Source: the human T2T-CHM13v2.0 reference genome, Homo sapiens. Taken from it: a stretch of DNA of 64,000 nt. A program made the translations under genes and the position numbers. The notes under the pieces were generated by a model. That model made no database searches. It was not told where the DNA came from and worked only from the letters and a program-made list of their open reading frames with translations. The DNA is taken from the NCBI RefSeq assembly GCF_009914755.1, contig NC_060939.1; one strand, given 5' to 3'. This document shows, one piece after another, positions 16,825-33,013 of the stretch. The first letter of the stretch is position 1; every line of letters starts with the position of its first letter.

Positions 16825-17693
16825 TGAAACCAAAAATAAAATTCTAAGCCCCTCACTGACTAATGGGAATCCTCCCCTTGGCCAAGGGAGTTTCAAAGAA
16901 ACCTAAACGATCAGTTCAAGCCATGATGGGAGAGGGGGGTGGGAGGCGTTAGATATGCCTCATTATACTCTCCTCCCGTTGGAATTCAGGCACAGCTGAT
17001 TAGCATTAACATTTAAAACAGAGACATTAAAACTGATGAAGCAGACTCTTTGTAGCAATAAGATACCAAATTCCAACCTCACCCTAATATAGCATCACAT
17101 GACAGACAGCAGACCCTAAAAGAAAAGTATTTTGCCCCAAAATATATTTCTTTGACACATTTTTAATGGCCCTACAAAGCTGTCTCTTGTGGGGGCAATC
17201 TAAATTCTGTAGAGAATCCCCTTCCCTTTCTGATCCTGAAGAGATTAGCTGAGAGTCTAGCACCTTTTAAAGGTCTAAACAGGAGACATTTGCCATCTAT
17301 TGCATCTAAAGGTGGCCACCTATGAGATTTCATCTACTTAAAAAGAACTTTGGTCGCCACAACCTTATCCTAATCCGGACATTCCTTTCTATTGATTCCA
17401 TGGCTTTAGATAATAACTTAATTCTTTCAACCAATTGCCAATCAAAAAATCTTTTAATCTACCTACAACCTGTAAACCCCCATTTCAAGTTGTCCCACCT
17501 TTCTGGATCAAACCAATGTGTACCTTACATGTATTGATTGATGTCTGCCTGTAACTTTTGTCTCCGTAAAATGTATAAAATCAAGCTGTAACCTCGGACC
17601 TCCTGGGGTTGTGCCCACAGGTCATGGTCCTCACATTTAGCTCAGAATAAATCTCTTCAAATATTTTACAGTGTTTGACTTTTCTCATCAATA
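16825..17693 (+). mobile_element. MER4-group (ERV1) solo LTR inserted in an old L1M
   Basis: Starts tgaaaccaaaaataaaattctaagccc, ends ctcagaataaatctcttcaaatattttaca...; atatt duplicated at 16820-16824 and 17694-17698. Confidence 0.8.
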
Positions 17694-19876
17694 ATATTAT
17701 TAAGGTGTCAACTCCATAAATTCATCTTATAGACTCAATGCCATTCCAATAAAAATCCTACCAGGATCTTCTCTTTCTCTTTCTTTGTTAATCTAGCTAG
17801 GAGTCTATCAATCTTAGTTATTTTTTTGAAGGACAAACTTGGTTTCATTGATCTTTCGTATGGATTTTTGCATCTCGATTTTATTAAGTTCTTCTCTAAT
17901 TATTTCTTTGGATTGGTTTGTTCCTTTCTCTCTAGTTCCTTTAGGTGTAAAGTTAGATTGTTAATTTGGGACCTTTCTAACTTCTTGATGAAGGCATTTA
18001 GGGCTACAATCTTTCTTCCTAATGCTGTATCTCAGAGATTTTTGAAGATTATGTCCTTATTTTCATTAATTTTAAATAATCATTTTTTATTTCTACCTTA
18101 ATTTTTATGTTCACTCAGGACTTATTCAGGAGTAAGTTGTTTAATTTCCATGTATTTTTGTAGTTTTCCAAGATCTTATTGGTATTTATTTCTATTTTCA
18201 TTGCACTATGGTCTCAGAATGTGCTTGGTATTATTTCGATTTCTTTTGAATTTATTGAAACTTGCTTTATGACTGAGAATGTGGTCAATCTTAGAATATG
18301 TTCCATATGCAGATGGGAAGAATGTATGTTCTGTGGTTGTTGGAGTGTTCTGCAGATGTCTATTAGGTCCAATTGGTCAAGTGTTGAGTTTAAGTCCAGA
18401 GTTTTTTGGTTAGTTTTTTGACTTGGTGATCTATCTAACACTGTCAATAGGGTGTTGAAATCTCCCACTATTATTGTGTGGTACTGTAAGTCTTTTTACA
18501 GCTCAAGAAGTTGTTTTATGAATCTGGGTGCTACACGGTTGGGTGCACAAATATTTAGGATAGTTAAGGTTTCTGGTTGGATTGTATCCTTACTATGTTA
18601 TGCCCTTCATTGTCCTTCTTAATTTTTATTGGTTTAAAGACTGTTTTATCTGATGTAGGAATAGAGTCTCCTGCTCTTTTTTAATTTCCATTTGCATGGT
18701 AGATTTTACTCCACCCTTTTATTTTGAGCCTGTGGGTGTCATTACATGTGAGAAAGAGAAGATCCAAATAAGCACAATCAGAAATGACGAAGATGACATT
18801 ACAACTGATCCCACAGGATTATAAAAGATCTTCAGAGATGAGTATGAATAACTCTATGTACACAAATTATAAAATCTAGAGGAAATGGATAAATTCCTGG
18901 AAGCACACAATCTCCCAAGACTGAATTAGGAAGAGATTGAAAACCTGAATAAACCAGTATCAACATCTGAAAGAACCTATCAACCAAAAAAAGCCCTGGG
19001 CCAGATGGATTCATAGCCAAATTCTACCAGAAGTACAAAGAAGAACTGATATCAATACTACTCAAACTATTCCAAAAAATCAAGAAGGAGGGGCTCTGCC
19101 CCAACTCACTCTATTAAGCCAGCATCAGCCTGATACCAAAATCTGGCAGAGACACAGTGAAAAGAGAAAACTTCAGAACAATATCCCTCATGAACATAGA
19201 TGCAGAAGTCCTCGACAAAATACTAGCAAATAAAATCAAGTAGCACATCGGAAAGTTAATATGCCACAATCAAGTAGGCTTTATTCCTGTGATGCAAGAC
19301 TGTTTCAATGTACACAAATCAATAAATGTGTTTCACCACATAAACAGAATCAAAAGCAAAACTGTATGATCATCTCAATAGATGCAGAAAAAGCTTTAGA
19401 TAAAATCCAACAGCCCCTCATGATAAAAATCCTCAACAGACTAGGCACTGAAGGAATGTACCTCATAATACTGAGAGCCATCTATGACAAACCTACAGCC
19501 AGCATCATACTGAATGGGCAAAAGCTCAAACCATTCCCCTTGAGAGCTGGAACAAGACAAGGATGCACATTTTCACCACTCCTATTCAACAGAGTATTAG
19601 AAATTCTAGCCAAAGCAGTCAGGCAAGAGGAAGAAGTAATAGCCATCCAAACAAGAAAAGAGGAAGTCAAGCTATCTCTCTTCACGGACAATATGATTCT
19701 ATACTTAGAAAATCCTAAAGACTCCTAGAATTGATAAATGACTTTAGTAAAATTTCAAGATACAAAATCAAATGTACAAAAATCAACAGCATTTCTATAC
19801 AACAATAAAGTCCAAATGGGAGTGAAATGAAGAACACAATCCCACTTACACTAGCCACAAAGAAAATGAAACACCT

Positions 19877-21713
19877 GCCCTCTCCCTCTCCCTCTCCCTC
19901 TCCCTCTCCCTCCCCCTCCCCCTCCCCCTCCCCTTCCCCCTCCCCCTCCCCCTCCCCCTCCCCCTCTCCCCGGTCTCCCTCTCATGCGGGGCCGAAGCTG
20001 GACTGTACTGCTGCCATCTCGGCTCACTGCAACCTCCCTGCCTGATTCTCCTGCCTCAGTCTGCCGAATGCCTGCGATTGCAGGCACGCGCCGCCACGCC
20101 TGACTGGTTTTGGTGGAGACGGGGTTTCGCTGTGTTGGCCGGGCCGGTCTCCAGCCCCTAACCGCGAGTGATCTGCCAACCTCGGCCTCCCGAGGTGCCG
20201 GGATTGCAGACGGAGTCTCGTTCACTCAGTGCTCAATGGTGCCCAGGCTGGAGTGCAGTGGCGTGATCTCAGCTCACTACAACCTACACCTCCCAGCCGC
20301 CTGCCTTGGCCTCCCAAAGTGCCGAGATTGCAGCCTCTGCCCGGCCGCCACCCCGTCTGGGAAGTGAGGAGTGTCTCTGCCTGGCCGCCCATCGTCTGGG
20401 ATGTGAGGAGCCCCTCTGCCTGGCTGCCCAGTCTGGAAAGTAAGGAGCATCTCCGCCCGGCCGCCATCCCATCTAGGAAGTGAGGAGCGCCTCTTCCCAG
20501 CCGCCATCACATCTAGGAAGTGAGGAGCGTCTCTGCCCGGCCACCCATCGTCTGAGATGTGGGGAGCGCCTCTGCCCCGCCGCCCCATCTGGGATGTGAG
20601 GAGCACCTCTGCCCGGCCGAGACCCCGTCTGGGAGGTGAGGAGCGTCTCTGCCCGGCCGCCCCGTCTGAGAAGTGAGGAGACCCTCTGCCTGGCAACCAC
20701 CCCGTCTGAGAAGTGAGGAGCCCCTCCGCCCAGCAGCTGCCCCGTCTGAGAAGTGAGGAGCCTCTCCGCCCGGCAGCCACCCCATCTGGGAAGTGAGGAG
20801 CGTCTCCGCCCGGCAGCCACCCCGTCCGGGAGGGAGGTGGGGGGGGGTCAGCCCCCCGCCCGGCCAGCCGCCCCGTCCGGGAGGTGAGGGGCACCTCTGC
20901 CCGGCCGCCCCTACTGGGAAGTGAGGAGCCCCTCAGCCCGGCCAGCCACCCCGTCCGGGAGGGAGATGGGGGGGTCAGCCCCCCCACCCGGCCAGCCGCC
21001 CAGTCCGGGAGGGAGGTGGGGGGGTCAGCCCCCCGCCTGGCCAGCCGCCCCGTCCGGGAGGGAGGTGGGGGGGTCAGCCCTCCGCCCGGCCAGCCGCCCC
21101 GTCTGGGAGGTGAGGGGCGCCTCTGCCCGGCCGCCCCTACTGGGAAGTGAGGAGCCCCTCTGCCCGGCCACCACCCCGTCTGGGAGGTGTGCCCAACAGC
21201 TCATTGAGAACGGGCCAGGATGACAATGGCGGCTTTGTGGAATAGAAAGGCGGGAAAGGTGGGGAAGAGATTGAGAAATCGGATGGTTGCCGTGTCTGTG
21301 TAGAAAGAAGTAGACATGGGAGACTTTTCATTTTGTTCTGCACTAAGAAAAATTCCTCTGCCTTGGGATCCTGTTGATCTGTGACCTTACCCCCAACCCT
21401 GTGCTCTCTGAAACATGTGCTGTGTCCACTCAGGGTTAAATGGATTAAGGGCGGTACAAGATGTGCTTTGTTAAACAGATGCTTGAAGGCAGCATGCTCG
21501 TTAAGAGTCATCACCAATCCCTAATCTCAAGTAATCAGGGACACAAACACTGCGGAAGGCCGCAGGGTCCTCTGCCTAGGAAAACCAGAGACCTTTGTTC
21601 ACTTGTTTATCTGCTGACCTTCCCTCCACTATTGTCCCATGACCCTGCCAAATCCCCCTCTGTGAGAAACACCCAAGAATTATCAATAAAAAAATAAATT
21701 AAAAAAAAAAAAA
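19877..21713 (+). mobile_element. Full-length SVA retrotransposon, probably SVA_F, antisense to OCA2
   Basis: (CCCTCT/CCCTCC)n 19878-19970, Alu-like region, GC-rich VNTR ~20340-21200, SINE-R, AATAAA 21685-21690, poly(A); aaacacct repeated on both sides; caccaatccctaatctcaagtaatcaggg and gaattatcaataaaaaaataaatt resemble young E/F subfamilies. Confidence 0.93.
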
Positions 21714-22613
21714 GAAAAACACCTAGGAATACAGCTAACCAAGGAGTTGAAAGATTTCTATAAGCACTACAAAACATTGCTGAAAGAAATCAGAGGTGAC
21801 GCAAATAAATAGAAAAACATTTCATGCTCATGGACTGGAATAATCAATATCATAAAAATGTCCATACTGCCCAAAGCAATGTACAGATTCAATGCTATTC
21901 CTATCAAACTACCAACGTTCTTTACAGATTCAGAAAAAACACTATTCTAAAATCCATATGGAACCAAAAAAAGAGACCAAATTGCCAAGGCAATCTTAAA
22001 GCAAAAAGAACACAGCTGAAGGCATCACGTTACCCAACTTCAAACTACACAATAGAGCCACAGAAACCAAACAGCTTGGTATGGGCACAAAAACAGACAC
22101 ACAGACCACTGGAACAGAATAGAAAACTCATAAATAAAACCTGACACCTACATCTATCTGATCTTTGACATGGCCAATATAAACAAACAATGAGGAGAGG
22201 ACTCCCTATTCAATAAATGGTGCTGGGATAACTGGCTAGCCATATGCAGAAGATTGAAGCTGGACCCCTACCTTTCACCATTTGTAAAAAGTAACGCAAA
22301 ATAGATTAAAGATTTAAATATAAGACCTCAAACTATAGAAATCCTGGAAGACAACTTAGGAAATACTCTTCTTGACATCAGCCTTGGCAAATAATTTTTG
22401 ACTAAGTCCCCAAGAGCAATTGCAACAAAAATTGACAAGTGGGACCTAATTAAACTCAAGAGCTTCTGCACAGCAAAATGAACTATCAACAGGGTAAACA
22501 GACAACCTACAGAATGAGAGAAGATACTTACAAACTATGCATCTGACAAAGGCCTAATATCCGGAATCTATTAGGAACTTAAACAAATCAACAAGCAAAA
22601 AACAAGTAACCCC

Positions 22614-23149
<536 letters not shown>

Positions 23150-23634
23150 TTAAAAAATGGCAAAGGACGTGAACAGATACTTCTCAAAAGAAGACATACA
23201 AGTGGTGAACAAACATATGAAAAAGCGCTCAGCATCACTAATCACCAGAGAGATGCAAATTAAAACCACAATGAGATACCATCTCACACCAGTCAGAATG
23301 GCTATTATTTTAAAAATCAAAAAACAACAGATGCTGGTGAGGCTACAGAGAAAAGGGAATCCTTATGCACTGCCGGTGGGAATGCAAATTAGCCCAGCTA
23401 CTGTGGAAAGCAGTCTGGAGATTTCTTAAAGAACTTAAAACAGAGCTACCATTAAACCAAGCAATCCCATTATTGGGTAGATATGCAAAAGAAAAATCAT
23501 TCTACCAAAAATTCATGCACTCATATGTTCATCACTGCACTATTCATAATAACAAAAACATGGAACCAACCCAGGTGTCCATCAATGCTAGACTGGATAA
23601 AGAAAATGTGGTTCATATACATCATGGAATACTA

Positions 23635-23950
<316 letters not shown>

Positions 23951-24784
23951 AGAATGAAATCATCTCCTTTGCAGTAACATAGATGGAGCTGGAAGCTATA
24001 ACCCTAAACAAATTAATGCAGGAACAGAAAACCAAATACCTCATGTTCTCACTTATAAATGGGAGTTATGCATTGAGCACACATGGACATGAGTGTAGGA
24101 ACAATAGACACTGTGGAATACTAGAGGATGAAGGAAGGGGGAGTGGGTTAAAAAAATAAAAAACTACTTATCAGGTACTAGACTCATGACCTAGGTGACG
24201 GGATCCATACTCCAAACCTCAACATCACATAATATTCTCATGTAACAAATCTGCACATGGGTACCCCCATATCTAAAATAAACGTTGAATTTTAAATTTT
24301 TACACACACTGTATGATTTCATGTATATAACATTATCAAAATGGCAAAATTCTAGAGATGAAAAACAGATCAGTGATTTCCAGGGGTTAAAGATGGCAGG
24401 GGGAGGGGTATGTAACTTAAGGGTTGTGTGAGGGATTTCTGTACGGAATCTGAGATTACGATGGAATAGGTCTATATCTTGATTATAGTAGAGGTTACAT
24501 AAAGCTACCCAAGTGATAAAATGACAGACAGACACACACACACACACACACACACACAGTACAAAAAAAAATCCCAGCAGGAATGTTACATAAATCAACA
24601 AAATGATGATAGAATTTATATGGGAAGGCAAGTGGCATCGAATAGCCAAAGCAATCTTGAGAAAGAACCACGTTAGAGGGCTCACACCATTTGATTTCAG
24701 AACTCTTCATAAAGATTCAAGATAGTGTGATATTCATGACATGATAATCACATAGACTGATGGAACAGAATAGAGATTTCAGGG

Positions 24785-25389
<605 letters not shown>

Positions 25390-27093
25390 TCAGAAATAAA
25401 TCAACAGATAAATGGACAATGTATTTTTGACAAAGATACAAGGCAATTTAATGGACAAAGGAGTCTTTTCAACAAACGGTCCTGGAACAATTGGACATCT
25501 ATAAGCAAAATATAAATAAACCCAGCAGCATATGCAAAAATTCACTCAAAATGGATTATATGCCTAAATGTAAAACCTAAAACTACAACACTTCTAAAAG
25601 AACAAACAGAAGAAAATCTTTGTGATCTTGGGTTAAGCAAAGATTTCTTAGATACAACACCAAAAGTATACTCCATAAAAGAATAATTGATAAATTGGAC
25701 AACATCAAAATTAAAAATTTCTGCTCTCCAAAAGAAATGAAAAAATAATAATGCAAAGACAAGCACAAACTGTCAGAAGATAATTGGGAAAAATGCATTT
25801 TATAAAAAAAAGTTGTGTTGAGAATATATAATGAATCACAAACCCCATAATAGGAAAACAAGCAGACCTCACTCTCCAAATATATAAAACCATAATAAGG
25901 TGCCTCTAAATACTTATTAAAATGGCTAAAATTAAAAGTACAGTCAATATTAAGTGCTGACAATGACGCAGAGGACTGGAGCTCTCATGTATTGCTGGTG
26001 AAAATGCAAAATGGTACAGCTTCCTTGGAAAGCAATTTGGCCTTTGCTTAGACAGTTAAACATATATTTATCAAATAACTCAGCAATCTCATTCTTAGGC
26101 ATTTATCCAAGGGAAATTAAAATTTACATTCACATAAAAACCTGTATGCCAATGCTTATACTGGTTTTATTCATAATTACCAAAACTTGGGAACAATCCA
26201 AGTGCCCTTCAAGAGGAGAATGAATAAACAAAGTGTGATATGTCCACACAACTCCACTCAGCAATAAAAAGAAACACAACTTGGATGAAGCTCAAATGCA
26301 TTATACAAAGTAAAAGAACCAAACTCAATGGTTCCATTTATTTGATATGCTTGAAACAGGCCAAAATGTAAAAACAGAAAACAGATTGATGGTTAACAAG
26401 TGCTGACGGGAAAAGGAAGCAGCCAAAGGAGTTTTTGTGGGGTGATAGAAATATTCCAGATCTTGATTTGCTGACAATTACACAATTGTATGCATTTGTC
26501 AAAACTCATAGATCTACTCACCATTTCTGGTGAAATTATACCTCAATTAAAAATACATAAAATAATAGCTTTGAGCAATCTGCAACAGCACTGATAGTGT
26601 TTACAACATATTGTTACATTTAAGAAACTACAAAGCAAGAGATACACTCTGAGCACAATTATGTAAAAACTTGTATTACATATAGGAAAGACCAGAAGGG
26701 AACACAGATAAATGCAAGCAGACAGTAATGATTGTGTTAGAGGCACGATGTTGTGTTCTCCCTTCGACCTCCAAATTTTCAGCAATATATTTATTTTCAC
26801 TTGATAATGAAATACAGTAACCAATCCATGACAGATGTAAACGCTGCCTTAAATAATTTATCTTCATTATTTTTAACATATTCTCTCTAATTTGCTTCCC
26901 TGTCCAATCTGCCATCAAATATATTCCTGCTAAGTGGAAGACCAAAAGGTAATTAGCTAATTTTGAAAGGGCAAATTTCAAGGTCAATTAATTCCTGATT
27001 TGTGAAAACAATTAGAAAAAATTAATTACATTTTCCACTGATTAGAAATAAACCTTCCCACACAATCTTGCCTTTAAAAAAAATAGATAATTT

Positions 27094-27400
<307 letters not shown>

Positions 27401-27588
27401 AAATAGATAATTTAAGTCTGTCAATCTGACAACCAATTGTATTTAAGTACATCTGTCATTCTTACATACTATTTTGAGATACAAAAAAAATTGATTCAAA
27501 ATTTTCTGAGATTTAATTAGGCAAAGCAAATGGGAAAGAGAGAGTGGAGAGAGTGGGGAAGTCTGTGTGTCACTCTGTGCTTAATTTG

Positions 27589-27886
<298 letters not shown>

Positions 27887-28327
27887 CTGTGCTTAGTTTT
27901 TTTATGAATAAAATTAGCATATTAGATTAAAAAATTCATCTTTAATTTGGCAATTTTGTTTGTTCCATGTCATTACGATTGTATGGACAAGACGTATTCC
28001 TCTAACAAAAGGGTGGAAGTCCTCAGCTAGGACAGGGGAAACAGCCCTGAGGAATGTCCAGCAGCGTTCCAGGGCTGGACATACAGAGCAGGCGCAGGGT
28101 CCCAAAGACAAGGGTTGAGGTGCCCAGAGAATGAAGTCTGCTTTCTCCATATGTCTTTGTGGTTGGTTCCCTCTGTTATAGGACTACTATTAAAGGAGGG
28201 TAAAACTGCGACTCACGTCCCAATATAAAATGAATGCAGGTCAATATTTTGTTTAACTCATCAATTAGAAGAAACTGATAAGACGCAAAAAACCACACAA
28301 ACATGGGCAATTAGAAATGCTGAATTG

Positions 28328-28761
<434 letters not shown>

Positions 28762-28879
28762 CTATAAAAGACACCAATCATCTTTGTGTTCCATTTCCAA
28801 CTTTTTCACAACAATTTCCTTCATCACTATTCATCTCTGGGGTTGGTGATGCCTGAGTGGCTCCCAGGAATTGGCCTGC

Positions 28880-29350
28880 TGCTACTCACAGCCTCCAGCA
28901 ATCCCATCCCTGAGAGTGGGCTGGACCTAGTAGTGACTGGCTTCTAACCAACAGAATACAGAAGAAGGGATGGTGTCACTCCATGATTAGGTCACAAAAG
29001 ACTATCCCTTGTGCCTGCCCAGATGGAGTGGGCCCCTGGCAATGAGCTGAGATGGCCTCCAGTCAACAGCTGGCAAGGAACTGAGGCCATCCATCCAACA
29101 GCCCAGGAAGAACCACACCCGGCCAACAACCACACAGATGAGCTCAGAAGCAGACCTTGCTCCAGCTGAACACTGAGATGCTATGGTTAGAGCCATACAT
29201 GACAACTTGTCCCAGCCTGTGAAGACCCTGAGCAGAGGACCTAGGTCAGCTGTGCCCAGATTTCTGACCCATGAAACTGAGAAAATAAATATGTACTCTT
29301 TTAAGCTGCTAAGTTTGGGAGAAATTTGTTACCTGGCAATAGATCCTGAA
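28880..29350 (+). mobile_element. MLT1 (MaLR) LTR remnant
   Basis: gaccctgagcagaggacc...ttttaagctgctaagtttggg...ttgttac motifs. Confidence 0.7.
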
Positions 29351-31449
29351 TTCACTCTTCCTTCCAGCTTTCTTTATATGTATATCCTGCCTTGTTTCAC
29401 ACAGATTTTAATCATTTTAAGAAAATACCGAGTAACCAGTTTGTGCACAGGTGATGTAACTGACCCAAGAAATTGCACCTGAGCTGCCTGGGAGCCAAAG
29501 GAAAAAGGGGACACGGCAGGCTACAGCCTCTGCCTGCTTCTCTCCTGCAGAAACAACAGAAAACGAGGCTACAAGGGGATGATTCCCTGAGAGCTAAAAC
29601 ATAGGCCAGTACAGTCCCCCAAATTACCTTTTCAACGCAGTCTGAAGCAATCTATTTGCAGCATCTCATAGTGTTCTTTCGTTCTGCTCATTCTCTTCAC
29701 AACTGAACCCATAATAGATGAGTTTGACTTCATTGAGGCTAAGGGGTTTGCTGGTTTCCACATACCTGAGACTCCCACCTATGGTAGATTCAAAGACTTA
29801 CGTATCTTTTCTCTGATAAGATTACTGTTTTTTTTTTTTTCATTTTCTGCCTATTTTCATGAAACAAGAAGGGCAAAATGTAATAAAACTCTTCAGTAAC
29901 CTTTAGCCTGAGATGACAGTGCTGGGATACTGTGTACATGGCCACCAGGCGACATGGCCACACACCTGCCCAGGAGTGTGCTGTTTCAGGGGGCTCACCT
30001 AGGGCCATGTGGGCAACAGCCTGTGCCCTCCACACTCAGACATTCACACCAGTGAGCCCTTCCCCCGAGAGCCCGCACTGTGGGTGGGTTGGGCCAACAC
30101 ACCATTCTCCTCATGGTGCTGAGAGCTGCCCCTTGAGGCTGCGGTTCCCTGTTGCTCCTCCTCCTGGGAGAAGCTCCGCATGGGAGGTGTGGCTCACTCA
30201 TGAGGGCTCATGCCTGTGGACAAGGGTGGCACCTTCTGGCATCTCCACACTCAGCCTAGGTAGTTGCCAGTGCCATCCCGACACCCCCTCCCCGTGCCCT
30301 GCGCAGGCTGTGGGGTCAGGGCACCCTCACCCTCCCTTCACTGGACCACCACACCTGCCAGCTCCTGCCCCCATGTGCCTGCACCTGTCAGCACCTCCCC
30401 ACGCTCTCCTTCCTCCTCCACCTGGAATCCTGCCTGGCTGCCCAGGGCCTCCTGCCTGTGGAGCTCATGACAGGCCCCAGTCTGCCCCTGGTACACCATA
30501 CATCGAAGCAAGAAGTGAGGTCAAAGAACTTGGAACATATGCAACATATGCTCTTCTGGTTTTCCCAATTCTTGTCTCACTGGAAGCTGAACATTACCTT
30601 CCATCACTCACATCCTGGCTGGGACAATCCTGCTGCCTCATCTGCCTCCCCATGCACAGGCCACACAGTCCTTCCGGCCATATTAGACACTTCCCAACAA
30701 AACACTCTTTAAAGAAAAGGAAAAGGCAAGCTCCTCGCTGGGAGAAGATCCTGCAACATGGGACCAGAGAAAGTTAATACTCAGAATATTCCATATGAAT
30801 CTGGGGGGAACAGACACATTCAGTGTATAACAGAGAACATTTGCTGCAGGCTGTTTTTAATAGCACATACTGGGGGATGAGGAGCAGAAACTGAAAAGCC
30901 GCCAACAGGAGAACATGTATTAATGGTAGCATATTCACATAATGAAATTCTATGCAAGGAGTTCACACGAATGAACGAGAGCTACAGGCATCAGCACAAA
31001 GAAACCTCAAAACACATTGCCAAAGAGAGCAACTCAAAGTTTCACCACTTGCAAAAGGACAGCATAGACTGTAAGTCAATAGAAACATTCAGTGAAAGCA
31101 TGAGCACGCAAGCTGGGGAGCTCCCCCTGGAGCGGGCAGGATGACAGCAGCAGCATGCACCACACCCGCATGCAATTCTGTGGTGCTTTGTTAAAGGCTG
31201 GAGAGACCATCAGTACTGCAGGGGTCGGAGCTCTGGCTGTGGGAACGAGGATCCTCAGATCTGCCATGTAATCGATATGGCCCAACAAAGACAGTCAGAG
31301 ACACCTACTCATAGGATGCTGCTTTTCTCATTACAAGGACATCTATGTGAACTGCAAATTATGGGTTTGCAGTATAAGCATTGACATGTAAAAACCATTC
31401 ATTGTCTTTACATAAGTAAATATTTAAAGATGTATCAAATTTTTTCTTA

Positions 31450-31780
31450 AGGAATGAAATCATGTCTTTTGCAGCAACATGGATGTAGCTGGAGGCCATT
31501 ATCCAAGCGAATTAACCCAGGAACAGGAAACCAAATACCACATATTCTCACGACAAGTGGGCGCTAACCCCCGGGTGCACATGGACATAAAGAAGGCAGC
31601 AGGGAACACTCGGACCACACAGGGGCGGGAGGAGGGATGGTGGAAAAGTAACTATTGGGTACCATGCTGACTACCCGGGTGATCAGTCGTACCCCAAACC
31701 TCAGCATCACACAATATACCCAGGTAACAAACCTGCACATTTAACCCCTGAATCTAAAATAAAAGTTGAAATTATTTTTA
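31450..31780 (+). mobile_element. 5'-truncated L1PA 3' end
   Basis: gaatgaaatcatgtcttttgcagcaacatggatg...ctgaatctaaaataaaagttgaa. Confidence 0.8.
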
Positions 31781-32174
31781 AATTTCCTTTTATGTAAATT
31801 CTGACTTTTCTGACATGAAAAACAATACTCAGTTAATTCACTTGCTATATGTATAGAAATAAGGCATGCCCTCAGAGACATACGCTTTCCAAAATTGCAG
31901 AATAATTGCAATACTTTAAATAATATATTAAGTGTTAAGTCTTCATGCTACAAACTCTTTTTTCTATTTTTATTATCTTTTGGAGCTAAATTAAGTTCAT
32001 CATATTTTACAAATATCAGTCATCAAAAACTAAGCCAGGAAAGTGATCTAATGCTGGAAAAATTCTTGCAAAATTTCTGGAAATTTTTCCCACAACAAAC
32101 GTGGGGGAACGATGCTCATGGAAACCCAATCTGTGTGAAGTCCACATTTACAAGATGGCACTATTTTAAACTCA

Positions 32175-32423
<249 letters not shown>

Positions 32424-32572
32424 CTAGGGCAGCCAGAAAGAAACCACTCTTCATGAAAGGCACACTGAGACTAACGTTTGCACCTTGGGAGTCCGTACAA
32501 TAGGAAGGTTGCTTCTTCGGAGGCGGTCCCAGAGTTCCAGCATCCTAACCACGCAAGAGCATTTCACCCTAG

Positions 32573-33013
32573 TGAGAAGTGAAGCCAGCTGGACTTCCTG
32601 GGTGGAGTGGGAACTTGCAGAACATTTCTGTCTAGCTAAAGGATTGTAAATGCACCAATCAGCACTCTGTGTCTAGCTAGAGGATTGTAAATGCACCAAT
32701 CAGCAATCTATAAAATGGACCAATCAGCACTCTGTACAGTGGACCAATCAGCACTCTGTAAAATGGACCAATCAGCAGGACGTGGGCGGGGACAAATAAG
32801 GGAATAAAAGGCTGGCTACCCCAACACGCTGGACTCCCCTACTAATCTGTGGATACTTTCGATGTTTTGGTTTTCACAGTAAATCTTGCTGCTGCTCACT
32901 CTTTGGGTTTGTGCCACCTTTAAGAGCTGTAACACTCACCGGGAAGGTCTGCAGCATCATTCTTGAAGTCAGTGAGAGCAAGAACCCACCAGAAGGAACC
33001 AACTCCGGACACC
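32573..33013 (+). mobile_element. LTR12 (ERV9) solo LTR, short form
   Basis: tgagaagtgaagccagctggacttcctggg start, five (g/c)accaatcagc CCAAT repeats, GC box, aactccggacac end; ctag duplicated on both sides. Confidence 0.88.

Noticed and set aside
19261-19728. Reverse-transcriptase-like ORF
   Set aside because: Decayed L1 ORF2; the catalytic motif reads FTDN and the frame is broken by stops and insertions
19827-21697. Multiple ORFs up to 236 aa
   Set aside because: Lie inside the SVA hexamer, Alu-like, VNTR and SINE-R domains
29932-30777. 281-aa plus-strand ORF
   Set aside because: No recognisable domain, Pro-rich composition, antisense in an intron, no splice or promoter support
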